From contig NMRA01000806.1 in assembly GCA_002633005.1 (NCBI GenBank), positions 39,467 to 74,380 on the forward strand: DNA of 34,914 bases. Reading direction: 5' to 3'. The notes beneath the pieces were generated by a model. The model did no database searches. It was given only the letters and a program-made list of their open reading frames with translations, and was not told the origin of the DNA. This DNA comes from Phoronis australis (taxonomy: Eukaryota > Animalia > Phoronida). The position numbers and the translations under genes are program-made. Numbering within the stretch: the stretch's first letter is position 1; each line of letters starts with the position of its first letter. This document shows, piece after piece, positions 1 to 10,378 of this stretch.

Positions 1-310
1 TCTTTTATATAGTGCACTGTAGTCGATAACTCAGTGCGGCAGAGATTGTGGCTGAAAGTGGAGGTGTAGACGCCAGCGCGGTTCCTAAAGTTTGCGAACA
101 TGAGAAGAAAAGAAAGTGACAAAGTGTTCAAGTATTACATTTTGAAGTTAATCGATGACCCGTTACAATAATTTGTTACTGGTATCATAATTCACATTGC
201 TAAACCGCGGTCTCTGAGGCCGTCGTTGCACTCAATGTTATCATCGATCTTAATCTAAAAGGTCGGGGATTCGCGTTTCCTGTTAGCACAGGGCGGTAAT
301 CACCAATCGT

Positions 311-1138
311 CAAAAGTAGGGGATGGGCGCTTAACCGAGAGGTGGGCGCTTAACCCTACAGCACCTAGCTTAAAAGTAGGTCACGACCCCTGAATAGCCT
401 GACTTAATTTGAGGCAGGTCATGAGTGAAACACAAGCCTTCAGTTAAACAGCTGCAGCATGTTTATTTACAAATAAAACACATACAATATATACATTTTT
501 AGAAAGGACAGAAACCAGGGATTCTCATGAAGTTCAAATTATTAAAATATGATAAAAATACGCAGAGTTATGAGTTTCTTAACTTTCAGAAAATTATCTG
601 GTCAGCAAAAATAATAAACAAGACTTGAAATCAACCATTATAACATGAGAAGTCTTGAACTTTTTTTCGAAGATAATACCAGTTTTCTCAGCTAAAATAC
701 ATCTGCAACTCCTTAAATTTTGAAAATGATTTGTTCGTTAGTTTCCAAGATATGCTAAAAAGAATATGATCACTTCCAACTCCTCAGTCATTAATATCAG
801 CTATGTCAAACACAAATGTATAGAAGTAGACATTTCTTAAAACTTTACACCATTTCAAAGACTTGTAAACTCACTATGGCTGCTTTTTTCTAAGCTTAGG
901 AGTGTGCTGACGTTCAGGATCATTAAAAGAGTNGACACTCATATGTGCGTTTACCGGCACTTGGGGTGATTGAAGCTTTCACTCAAATATGCGTGTACCG
1001 GCGCTATAGCGTTAATTGGAAATCTTCAAAAATAGCAGGGGGGGCGGTTAACCGAGCAGTGGGCGGTTAAATCGAAAATCCACCTAAAGTAGGGGTGGGC
1101 GGTTAACTGAGCATGGGCGTTAACCCGAACGATTACGG
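311..1138. mobile_element. Non-autonomous DNA transposon/MITE remnant with TA-flanked right end; left terminus missing
   Basis: Six copies of GGGCG(C/G)TTAA(CC) in one orientation, in two clusters (325-355 and 1042-1126), with AAAGTAGGGG before copies in both clusters. Ends in ...CCCGAACGATTACGG|TA, typical of TACCGTA...TACGGTA-type MITEs. No matching left TIR seen. Confidence 0.6.
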
Positions 1139-1462
1139 TAGTTTTCAATGAGTAGAAATAAGTACTGTTCAATTAACAGAGAAACAGTGAATACGGTTAT
1201 AAATCCACATTCTGTCCAATGCACCACTAAAATAGGCCTCAACTAGTTCCTGACATTTCATTATTCGTTCCGAGACCATCTTCAGTGTATAGAATGGCAT
1301 GCCATGGGTAGCTAATTTATAGGGCTTGGGCGCCAGCAATTATGAGCTGTCAGTTCTTTCAAGCCCTGAAACCATCTTTAATTTGTCTAAGGAACAACTT
1401 GAGACCAATTTCACGACGGTAAGTGGTCTGAAACAAAAAATGCCAATTTTCTCTTTGTACAG

Positions 1463-1498
1463 ATGTTCCTCTGTGGTCACCCTTCCGAAGGATGGAAA
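1463..1498 (+). CDS. TTK: Possible small upstream TTK coding exon (CSSVVTLPKDGK)
   Basis: Good acceptor ttttctctttgtacag at 1462. It is 36 nt, phase 2 to phase 2, and joins in frame to exon 1748. The donor (AA|gtgttc) is weak and no homology is recognisable. Confidence 0.3.
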
Positions 1499-1747
1499 GT
1501 GTTCACTCCGGCAAATCTGTGTGCAGCAATCTAATCTTGTCTAACTTCAAATAATTGTCACAAAATTCTTAATACTCTTACTACTAATGAAGCAACTCAT
1601 TTTTGTTGCATGAAATACAGAATGCTGCATGAGGTTAGACCTGCATGATGGTGAAACATGCCAAAAATAAGTTAAATGGTGTTTGTTTGGCCAATGTTTA
1701 ACTTCCTCAAGTCATTAGCTGTGTGCTTATAAATAACTAAATTTCAG

Positions 1748-1924
1748 GAGCCGACACGTCAGTCGCGACTCTGACGATGCGGACACGCTACCTGTGGCCT
1801 TCAATAGTTTGCTTGGATCATATGGTGTTGATAGTGCCTCCAAGCCAAAGCTGCGCTCTTATCACAGCACGCCTGATTGTAAATCACAGGGACAGACCAG
1901 CATGCCCTCTACTGGCAAAAGAAA
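1748..1924 (+). CDS. TTK: TTK/Mps1 exon, low-complexity regulatory region (SRHVSRDSDD...MPSTGKR)
   Basis: tttcag acceptor, gtatgt donor, 177 nt open frame. Its phase-2 end joins exon 3632 in frame. Supported by splice signals and frame, not homology. Confidence 0.65.
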
Positions 1925-2371
1925 GTATGTGACTTGATTTACTAATGGATAGCTGAAGCAATTAAAAATAACAACAGTTACTGATGAAAAATACCACAGT
2001 GTAGGGTCTTCGTTGATTTAGTGCTTGTAACCATATAGACCTAGGTTTTGATTTGTTTCATTAATTTATCGAATTAAGGAAACGTTGGTGATTGTCACTG
2101 ATAAATTATGGTATTATTAGTTGTAATCCCTTTTAATTTTGTTGGTCAATCTTTGTATTGTTTGATACTGCAAGGTTACTATTTGTACAAAATAACATTT
2201 CCTGGACACCTGATGGTCAACCAATTCTATAGTCTATACTATTGACTTGCAGCTCAATTATACTTTGATACTACAGGTTTAGAGGTTGACCAAGGTAACT
2301 TTTGTGCTGCAAACATGTTGGTCAAACATTGTAAACTTTTATATTACAGGCTGAGTTATTGAACAATACCA

Positions 2372-3584
2372 TTTTTATGTGCCCACATGTTCATATGTGG
2401 GAGCATTTTGCCATTATCATCTCTGTCCTGGCATTTAGCGTCCGCTGCTGTATCTCCTAAAGCCTTTCCGAATCTTATTGAGATATGACAGTAATGTGTT
2501 CCTTTGAAGCTGAAAGGCAGTGATAAATTTTGGGTAAATCTGACTTATTGTTTTGTCCCCACATGATCATTATAGGTTTTTTACGTTTACCTGTGTATAT
2601 TCAGAATTCCTGGATGAATTTTCATGAAATTTAGCAAAGAAAGGTTGCTGTTAAGGAGGCGACAACAAACCGCAATTTTTTAACGGGTTGCACCACCTAG
2701 TGAACATTTTTTGAATTTTCGAATTCGTTTTGCACATCAAAATTGACGCAAAATGTTTTTGATGAGAGGACCGAAGCTGATGTTGATTTTTGTACCAGTT
2801 TGATTACTTTGGCACCACCTATTGGTATTTTTTGTTTTTCGCGTCTATGACTGTTTCTCCTTAACTCTTTGTGGAGCTGGCAATGGATGATGACCAATTG
2901 GGACTACGTGCCCCCTTAGTGGCGATCTTAACTGATTTGCGTTTGCCTCTCTGTCTTAGAAGTTCCCTGCTGGATTTTCCTGAAATTTGGCAAATTGATT
3001 TCTGTTGGGAAGACGATAATGCTCATCATTTTGGGATGGATTTGATGTATTTTTGCGCCATCTAGTGGTCATTTTTGTTTTTTTATTTTTGCGCCATCTA
3101 GTGGTCATTTTTGTTTTTTCAATTAATTTTGATGTCGGCATATTAATCCGCCAAACCACTCAAAGTACAAAGAAAGAACTTAGCTGAGGTTTTTCTGGTG
3201 AGAATACCATGGCTGACGCTGGTTTCTGGATGAGTCTGTGAACCGTGGTGCCCTCTAGTGATGATTTTGTTTGCTGTATATCTTTTAATGGTTTGTTGCA
3301 TCTTTGTAAAATTTTACAAGTGTTACCCTACTACTACTTGACCTCCTAACTGTAATTTGGTTTTTCTTGTTCGCCCCTGTAATCTTTGGAATTCTTTGAT
3401 GGATTTTCATGAAATAGTTTTCTGTTCGGAAGATGACGACACCTTCTCCTTTTCTGAAAGGGCCGACTTATTCTGAGCCATCCCATGGCCATTTTTATGA
3501 TACTTAAAAACACCGGGTCCTCTGGAAGCTTTCCAACTGCAGTGCAGCCGTGGGTGCTTTTCAACACTCCACGTTGCTCTTGTT
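2372..3584 (+). mobile_element. Helentron-associated (HINE/DINE-1-like) non-autonomous element, copy 1
   Basis: 5' end TTTTTATGTGCCCACAT...ATGTGGGAGCAT (subterminal inverted repeat). Degenerate internal repeats (GGATTTTC(A/C)TGAAAT; GCTGTAT(C/A)TC). 3' end GTGGGTGC + small hairpin CAAC..GTTG + CTCTTGTT. A related copy lies in the opposite orientation at about 19950-20889. Confidence 0.6.
3051..3119. repeat. 36-bp tandem duplication inside the HINE-like element
   Basis: TTTTGCGCCATCTAGTGGTCATTTTTGTTTTTT occurs twice with 36-bp period (GCGCCATCTAGTGG at 3055 and 3091). Confidence 0.9.
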
Positions 3585-3631
3585 ACCCCAAATATTTGTT
3601 GGTCAACTAGTGTTATATTTGGACTTTGCAG

Positions 3632-3756
3632 GTTTGTTGGTCGACCTATGAGGGTAGCCAGGACATCACTGGCCAAGCTGATGGAAGATGACGATGACAA
3701 TGGACACAAACATTTGGTCAACAATGACAACATAGACACTGCTGATCTTACTAATG
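3632..3756 (+). CDS. TTK: TTK/Mps1 exon (FVGRPMRVARTSLAKLMEDDDD...DLTN)
   Basis: tttgcag acceptor, G|gtaaca donor, 125 nt open. Phase 2 to phase 1 bridges exons 1748-1924 and 4682 exactly. Confidence 0.7.
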
Positions 3757-4113
3757 GTAACATGGAGTTAGCTTTTATGTAATATCTTGTTTTATGCATG
3801 ACCTCTCGCTGATTGATATTTGGTGACCCTGCACCTCCTAGGTCATTTGCCAGTCGTAATATTTAACACCACTCTCGGATTGTTTGTCTTAGATAAATAG
3901 ATTGTCTGTTTAGGCTGCAAGCTGTTTTACATAATATATTATATGCAAACATGATCCATAACATTCCTCGAAAGTATGGTAGATACCTAAATGTGTATAG
4001 TTTAATAAAACTGCACTTTAAACCAACATTTTCATTCACTCATCAAACTAAGTCATATTTCATCTTTAAGTTTGGAAACATGCATAGCCCGGTACATGCA
4101 TACTGATTGTGTT

Positions 4114-4458
4114 GACATATTCTTAAGAAAACACGTACGTAGCAAACCTAAGGAAATCTCAGTAACTTCAATCAAAACATGTTTTTTGATAGGCAGCACG
4201 AAGTTAATCCCGCTTCAAGGATGGGTTTAATTAAGAGATTGCCAAGATACTAGCCAAGGTGTTAGGTGATATGAGGGTTGCCATGGCAAATATAGCAAAT
4301 CAGTGGTCACATGTGGAAAATGTTTATTTCAAAAAATAAATGTCATTGTCAACGGCTAAATGACTCCTTGGCTATGCTTCCAGGAAGAAGTGTTTAAATA
4401 CATCGTCTTTTTAAGAGGTTTCCTTTTAAAATGTGTCTTATAGTTTTGAGCCACCCTG
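4114..4458. mobile_element. Degenerate Tc1/mariner-type MITE, right end intact
   Basis: Ends TTTTGAGCCACCCTG|TA (CAGGGTG-type TIR plus TA). Internal inverted pair TAGCCAAGG (4251) / CCTTGGCTA (4366). Left arm decayed. Confidence 0.4.
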
Positions 4459-4681
4459 TATAGGTCCCTTTCATTTCAGAAGGGAAAACGCATTCAGATT
4501 TGCAGTCATTGCATGTTTTGGGTGTAACTAACTGCATGAGTTAGAAATCTGAACCCATTTACTATTTTCTGTAGCTGAGCGAAGGTAAATTTTACCCAAG
4601 ACTGTCATAATACACAGGCTTCCTGATCATTAGGTCCTTAGTGATTGCTTTCTAACTGGGTTGTATTTCATGATTCCACAG

Positions 4682-5093
4682 GTCTGGCTGAGTGTACTAT
4701 TGAGACCATGAAGTCGGTAACCATCTCTCCAGTAGCAGAAGACAGTGGCGTGGCAGACGTACGTCACAAAATGACTTCTGACATTTCGAGAGATGGATCA
4801 TCAAACTTTACTCTGCCAAAAGCAAAACGGCCCAATACAGATATTGGTGGGCTGCATTTAAAAGACAGTTGTGAACCAAAACCAGGAGCTGTGGAAGCTG
4901 ACCAGAAGCAAGAGACACGTGGGGTTTTGCTGTTTCAGCACCAGAGAACAAGTGATTTTGTCTCACCGTTGCCAGTATTTTCACAGATGTCAAGTAAGAA
5001 GAAAGCTGTACCTCCGATGATGCCCAAGATGGCTAATAATGACTCTGATCTTGTGGAATCGATGCAGGTTTCTACAGCGAAGGAACCCAAAAG
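4682..5093 (+). CDS. TTK: TTK/Mps1 exon, Ser/Lys/Pro-rich middle region
   Basis: ttccacag acceptor, AG|gtaagc donor. Lies in ORF 4645..5097; phases fit the neighbouring exons. Confidence 0.8.
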
Positions 5094-5538
5094 GTAAGCT
5101 GATTTGTCTTGATGTTCCATGAACCTTGAACTAGTCTGTGTGATCGGGCATTGTTCAGTTATTTCATGAACAGATGTTGCTGCTCGTGTGGATGGAAACA
5201 CAAAGTGTACTTGAACATCTTTAAAGTTATACTCACCATTTTTAACCACTCAAAGATAATGAGTCTGTCCCTGTGGTGTGTTCATTTACACCAAAATGTC
5301 TTTCTTATTTACTCCACCCGAGATTCAAATTATGAACCAGATTACTTGACCTCTTACATTATTTGTGAACAAAATTCCTGCCCTAACTGTTCAGTCAAGG
5401 CAGTTGAAAGAAACTTGTCAAAAAGCCATCAGTTTTGATAGGATTGGCCAACACATAATTTAACGAGATGTGATAGTTCGTTCTTGGTGGACCATAGCCT
5501 CATTTCCACAGTGCATTCAAAGTTGTAGTTCTTTACAG

Positions 5539-5635
5539 AGATGTGCCTCAGCCAATCGCCGCGAAACAGACAGTTGTTGAGCCACAACCAAAGGTTGAGC
5601 CAAAAGAAACAAAGCCCATCATTCCTGCTCTTACG
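5539..5635 (+). CDS. TTK: TTK/Mps1 exon (DVPQPIAAKQ...IIPALT)
   Basis: ctttacag acceptor, ACG|gttggt donor, 97 nt, phase 2 to phase 0, open. Confidence 0.75.
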
Positions 5636-5710
5636 GTTGGTGTACAAAACATGTAGTCAGTGACACTCGTATTTTGACCATGTTGGCTGGAGATGAACTT
5701 TTTATTTCAA

Positions 5711-5770
5711 AATAATAGATGGTGACATGTATTTCATTCTAATAATAGATGGTGACATGTATTTCATTCT
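5711..5770. repeat. Perfect 30-bp tandem duplication
   Basis: AATAATAGATGGTGACATGTATTTCATTCT x2, identical. Confidence 0.95.
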
Positions 5771-5987
5771 ATCACTAAGAATTAGCAAAAACATACTCGT
5801 GTCTCACATAGTTTAAGACCTGTATGGGGGAGCCACCTTCACTTATAAGTTAAGCTTAGTTGCATTATTTTATATATAACTTGTGCAGGTTAAAAATGTG
5901 CATGTACAGTAATAATAATATCAGCACTAATAGTAATTATATCAATACTTTTTCCGTAATACATGTGTGTTTAATGACTCGTTCCAG

Positions 5988-6062
5988 CAAGACAGCCTGA
6001 TCACAGTAAAAGGATGTTCATACTTCATTACCAAGGTGATTGGTCGAGGTGGATCTAGTAAG
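5988..6062 (+). CDS. TTK: TTK/Mps1 kinase domain start, Gly-rich loop (ITVKGCSYFITKVIGRGGSSK)
   Basis: ttccag / AAG|gtgggt. Matches the Mps1 signature [22 protein letters not shown]. Confidence 0.95.
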
Positions 6063-6124
6063 GTGGGTGGTCTCACTCATCAATTTCCATGCACTGTGGA
6101 AGTTCATATATAGTCAAAATTCCT

Positions 6125-6359
6125 AGCAACTCATTGGTTAGCTAACCTTAAAGTGCTGAGCAACTCACTGGTTCGCTAACCTTAAAATGCCGAGCAACCC
6201 CCTGGTTAGCTAACCTTAAAATGCTGGGCAACTCACTGGTTCGCTAACTTTAAAATGCTGGGCAACTCGCTGTTTCGCTAACCTTAAAATGCCGAGCAAC
6301 TCCCAGGTTTGCTAACCTTAAAATGCCGAGCAACTCACTGGTTCACTAAACCTTAAAAT
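6125..6359. repeat. 34-bp minisatellite, about 7 copies, with palindromic core
   Basis: Consensus AGCAACTCACTGGTT(A/C)GCTAACCTTAAAATGC(C/T)G repeated head-to-tail without spacers. GGTTAGCTAACC is a perfect palindrome in copies 1 and 3. Confidence 0.95.
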
Positions 6360-7025
6360 CTGCCGCTATCTTCACAGAAACCATCTGTTTTCAGCTGATG
6401 TTATCATTCTCTGTAGACTAACGTAAGTAATCAGGTGGGAAATTGTCCATCCTAACACGGTTGTAAACATTGGAGGCGGCAATAGTATTCTTTAAATATC
6501 TACTTTGAAATTTTTTAAATTGCATATTTGAATAGTTGAAAAGTACACGTGGTTATGTTTTTGAATTTTGAAAGATGACTTATAACCTAAAACTAGAAAG
6601 TTGTCCACAGTCTGTATTCCGCTTTTATTCTCCCAGTTACTAAGGGTCGTAAATCAGCAGTTGGAAGTTCAGGAAGTCAAGTATCATCATGATACAATTC
6701 TGGGCATGAGAAGTCAAAAATTATATCAAATTTAAAAAAAAACTTGTACAACTACTGTTGTCTGTGCATTGTATTTGTGGACCTCATACATTCATGTGAT
6801 TATCAAGCAATCAAAACTTCATGTTTTTTATAGATTGACAGTTTGTATATAATTAAAAAGATCGGAGAGCTGTGGCTATAAAAAAGGGAAAATTTGTGAA
6901 CCAAAATGTCAGAGTTTGCAATAACTCTGTTGTAAGGTGTCTTTGTCTTAATAAATCTCTTGTCCAAATTAGGATTAAGTTTTATTTGTGACAGCAGCTC
7001 TTTAATCCATTCATTTCCCCTGTAG

Positions 7026-7183
7026 GTGTACAAAGTGTTCGACTTTGAGAACAAGCGCGAGTTAGCCATAAAACACGTCAACCTTGAAGGAGTGGGAGAA
7101 TCATCACTGACAGGATACCTGAATGAGATCACTTTACTGAAGCGGCTCCAATACAGTAACAAAGTCATCAGGCTTTACGACTT
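7026..7183 (+). CDS. TTK: TTK/Mps1 kinase subdomains II-IV (VYKVFD...LAIKHVNLE...YLNEITLLKRLQYSNKVIRLYD)
   Basis: ccctgtag / gtgagt. Contains the catalytic AIK lysine, the NEI alphaC glutamate and IRLYD, as in Mps1. Confidence 0.96.
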
Positions 7184-7920
7184 GTGAGTTGTATATCTGG
7201 GTCCTGGTTTTATATAAAATGCTGTGTACCCAGTGCTGTTGTATGGCCAGACCTACTTGTAGCCATTGTTCTGGTGTCTTGGATTTTTACCATCACACTT
7301 TTCAACAAAGTGGCCAGATTTACTTTAAATAAGCTGTTTTGTTCTTATAGAAAGTACCGCATCGTGTACTCTGCTCCTTACTTACGTCTTTGTAGGTCTG
7401 ACTATGTGTGTGATCTTAGCTAAAACGAACCTCTGAGAAATTTATGCCAAGGAAAGAATCGAATGGTGTGATTGGTGGATTCTGTGGCCTACCAGTCACG
7501 AGTCAAAGTACCTAAGTTCAGTCGCTTCATTCGATTTCCGTCTGTCATGTTCACTGCAATGTATGTCTAGCCATTAACTAGGTCTGCCCTCCCAAATTTT
7601 ATGGATTTGCGGACAGGATCTCTGGTCCCAATGTTTACCCAATCCTCTGCTTGAGTTTATAGGTCTGGCCAGTCTTCCTGTTTATATGTTTCTACATGAT
7701 GATTTAGATGGTGTGCACATTATGTACGTTTGAGCACAAGCCAAATCTCTATTCTTTATCACTTGGTGTTGCACTTCATAGTCATACTTTGTGAGTGGCG
7801 CCACCTGATGAAGACCTGCGGTTGAATTTTTTCAGAGATCATTTTAAAACCCTTTATTGACATGTATTTCATTGTGATGGTGGAATACATTAATAAACTA
7901 AAAACCGGTCTTTCTTTTTA

Positions 7921-8734
7921 GGGGTGTTCCAGTAAAATCCCTGTGGGAGGGGGGGGGCGCGGCAGTAGAAATAAAAATTCATGGGTGGTGGTCTTCAGAA
8001 AAATACTCAAATTATGGGTGGTCGTTCCTGTAAGAAGTGATGCATTAAAAATGGGTGGTATGTTTTGACCTGTTAATGTTGACAGGTTGGTTACTTCAGC
8101 TGTCAAAACTCAAAAAATGCAATTGGCATATATCCTAACTTATCCCAATACAAAAAAGCCCATATTGCCAGTGAACAGAGTGCAATATGTTCACTAAGCC
8201 ATTAATCAAGTCATGGACAACTTGATTTGAGCCAACTATTTGTCTGCAGTCCTATTGAATTGAAAAGTTATGCACCACTAAACTGGTGTTAATGCATATA
8301 AGAAAATTGATGATTTTTAAATAAAAAGTATGAGGAGTAAGATAAACAAGTTCCAATATTCACTTGACATAGAAGTATAAAATAGTTCATGGAGACAGTT
8401 TGAGATTCATAGATCCTTATAATTGAAAAAAATGTTCATTGACACATGGTGAACAGAGACACCTGGTGGCTGCCAAATGTATTGATCACAGGCTACTTTA
8501 GTTTTTGACAATATTGGACAAGACAACTAGTTCTTGTTTGTCAATCATCTAAGTTCTTAACAGGTCCTCCTGGAGGCAATTTGTTTGCAAGTGTTGGATT
8601 TTATATTTTAATCTATTAAAAATAATTAAAAAATTATGGGTCATGGGTTGGAGAAATAAATGAAAAATATGGGTGGTGGGTACGAAATAAAAGTGCCTTC
8701 CCACCCTCCCATACAGATTTTGCTGGAACAGCCC
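7921..8734. mobile_element. PIF/Harbinger (Tourist-like) MITE, complete
   Basis: About 31-bp imperfect TIRs GGGGTGTTCCAGTAAAATCCCTGTGGGAGGG / CCCTCCCATACAGATTTTGCTGGAACAGCCC. Flanked by TTA on both sides (7918-7920, 8735-8737). No ORF. Confidence 0.88.
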
Positions 8735-9272
8735 TTATGAATGCAGCCAACATAAACAGTTTACAAACTTTTTATCGACTCCCTTTGTTTTCATTTATAA
8801 ATTGCGCAATGGTTAAAATTATTTTTTTATTTATTCATTTTTTTGGGTTACAATGATTTTGCTCAATACAGGAATTGATGTAATGATAAGCTAGTCAATC
8901 TAATTGTGATATTTGAAGTGGCATTATTGTCTGGGGGAAAGTTTTTCTAAGAACAGCCCCTGCACGTGGCATGTGAACCTGGAACTGTTGGGATTGTAGT
9001 CAAATACTTTGTTGGCGGAACTTAATCGCTCAAGGTAAATTGTAGTGGATTTTAAGTGTATTTAACTGAGTAAAATCACCTTCCTTGATTTCAATGAATG
9101 TCTGGGAGACAATGGCGGGAATTGGTGTTTCATAAGAAAAATCACAAAATTAAATTAATGTATATTTTTATTCATGTGTTATAGCGCAGGTCAAAGCTAA
9201 TAACTTCAAAATGTTTATTCCATCCAATAATAATCACAAAGATGCTCCATAAGTCCAACTTTTCCTTTGCAG

Positions 9273-9439
9273 TGAGTACAGTGCCTCCAAGCAGTCGTTG
9301 TACGTCATCATGGAGGTGGGTGACACTGATCTGGCCACGCTGTTCAGGAGTCACTTGAAGCAAGACCAACTTACTCCTATCATGATACAGTTTTACTGGA
9401 TGGAGATGCTGAAGGCCGTGCAGGTCTTACATAAGGAAG
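9273..9439 (+). CDS. TTK: TTK/Mps1 kinase hinge and subdomain VIa (LYVIMEVGDTDL...FYWMEMLKAVQVLHKEG)
   Basis: tttcctttgcag / G|gtaatc. The YWxxMLxAV motif is characteristic of Mps1. Confidence 0.96.
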
Positions 9440-9486
9440 GTAATCTGTCATGGTCACACGTTCTCATGTCAACACCTTTGTTATAG

Positions 9487-9524
9487 CCGTCGCCATCATT
9501 GTCATCATCATCATCGTCATCATG
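9487..9524. repeat. Degenerate (CAT/CGT)n microsatellite
   Basis: gccgtcgccatcattgtcatcatcatcatcgtcatcatg. Confidence 0.7.
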
Positions 9525-10040
9525 TTAACAGTGTGCCGGATATCTTTTGCGGTACACTCAACGTGCTTAGGCTATATGGCTGAGCCCACTACACTGATCC
9601 CTTTATTGTGACTCATGTGAACCCCTCAACAAGGGGTTCCTGATGGTTGAAGCCCTCTAGTCTACTTGTTTTATAAAGAAATTGGAAAAACTATTTAACC
9701 TGAGCGATCTGCCAATTTCCTCCCAACAATGCTGTGTCCATCGAATAGAAGACTACGAAGGCTCGGATAGGGCGAATCTACTATATCGTGAGGAGCCTGG
9801 GGTTCCCTGGCATACTTACAGTAGTTTGAGCATGCTGTGATGTCTCATTGATTAGCTAAGTTTCTGAGCCTTGTAATTAACTCGATCACGACAAGCCAAA
9901 CTGTGTATTTAAAGAGTTTCTTAAAACCATTTGGCTCAGTAGGGTAATGCTGGGCACATCCAGAAATATCACATCATATCAGTATTTATCCACCATGTGC
10001 ATACAATGCTCGATGGGATGACCTGTAGGCCGCCAATGCA

Positions 10041-10378
10041 ACCTCAGATTGTGTTTGGCGACTTGGGAAAAATTCCATGTTGCCACGCGGACGCCACTGC
10101 GAGTATCAAAGTCGGACGATAATTCCCTCTAAATTCATTTCAAGGTTTGTGTTGACTTCCAAACTTTTCCTAGATTTATTAACTTTGACCCACAATTGTT
10201 CCCTTTATTTTGTGAGTTCAGCGTAGTTGCCACCATGTTTGAATTATAACAGGAAGTAGACAGAACAGACAGCAGTCGGGATTTTTCAGCAAAATTGGTG
10301 AGAATGGTGTCACGGGTGTAGTTACAGTCATGGGACCTGTTTTTTTTGCGACCTCAGATTTCGTTTGGCGACTTGGGA
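10041..10378. repeat. 28-bp dispersed direct repeat, probably internal to a decayed transposon
   Basis: ACCTCAGATT(GT/TC)GTTTGGCGACTTGGGA at 10041-10068 and 10351-10378 (26/28 identical). Confidence 0.7.

Noticed and set aside
3346-3799. Minus-strand ORFs 3346..3567 and 3407..3799
   Set aside because: They span a repeat end and the antisense of a TTK exon; no recognisable protein features.
6125-6359. CRISPR-like array (34-bp partly palindromic repeats)
   Set aside because: Units are contiguous with no unique spacers, there are no cas genes, and it lies in a eukaryotic intron; it is a minisatellite.
8955-9010. Possible tRNA-derived SINE head on the minus strand (CCAGGTTCACATGCC)
   Set aside because: B box too degenerate, and no A box or body recognisable.
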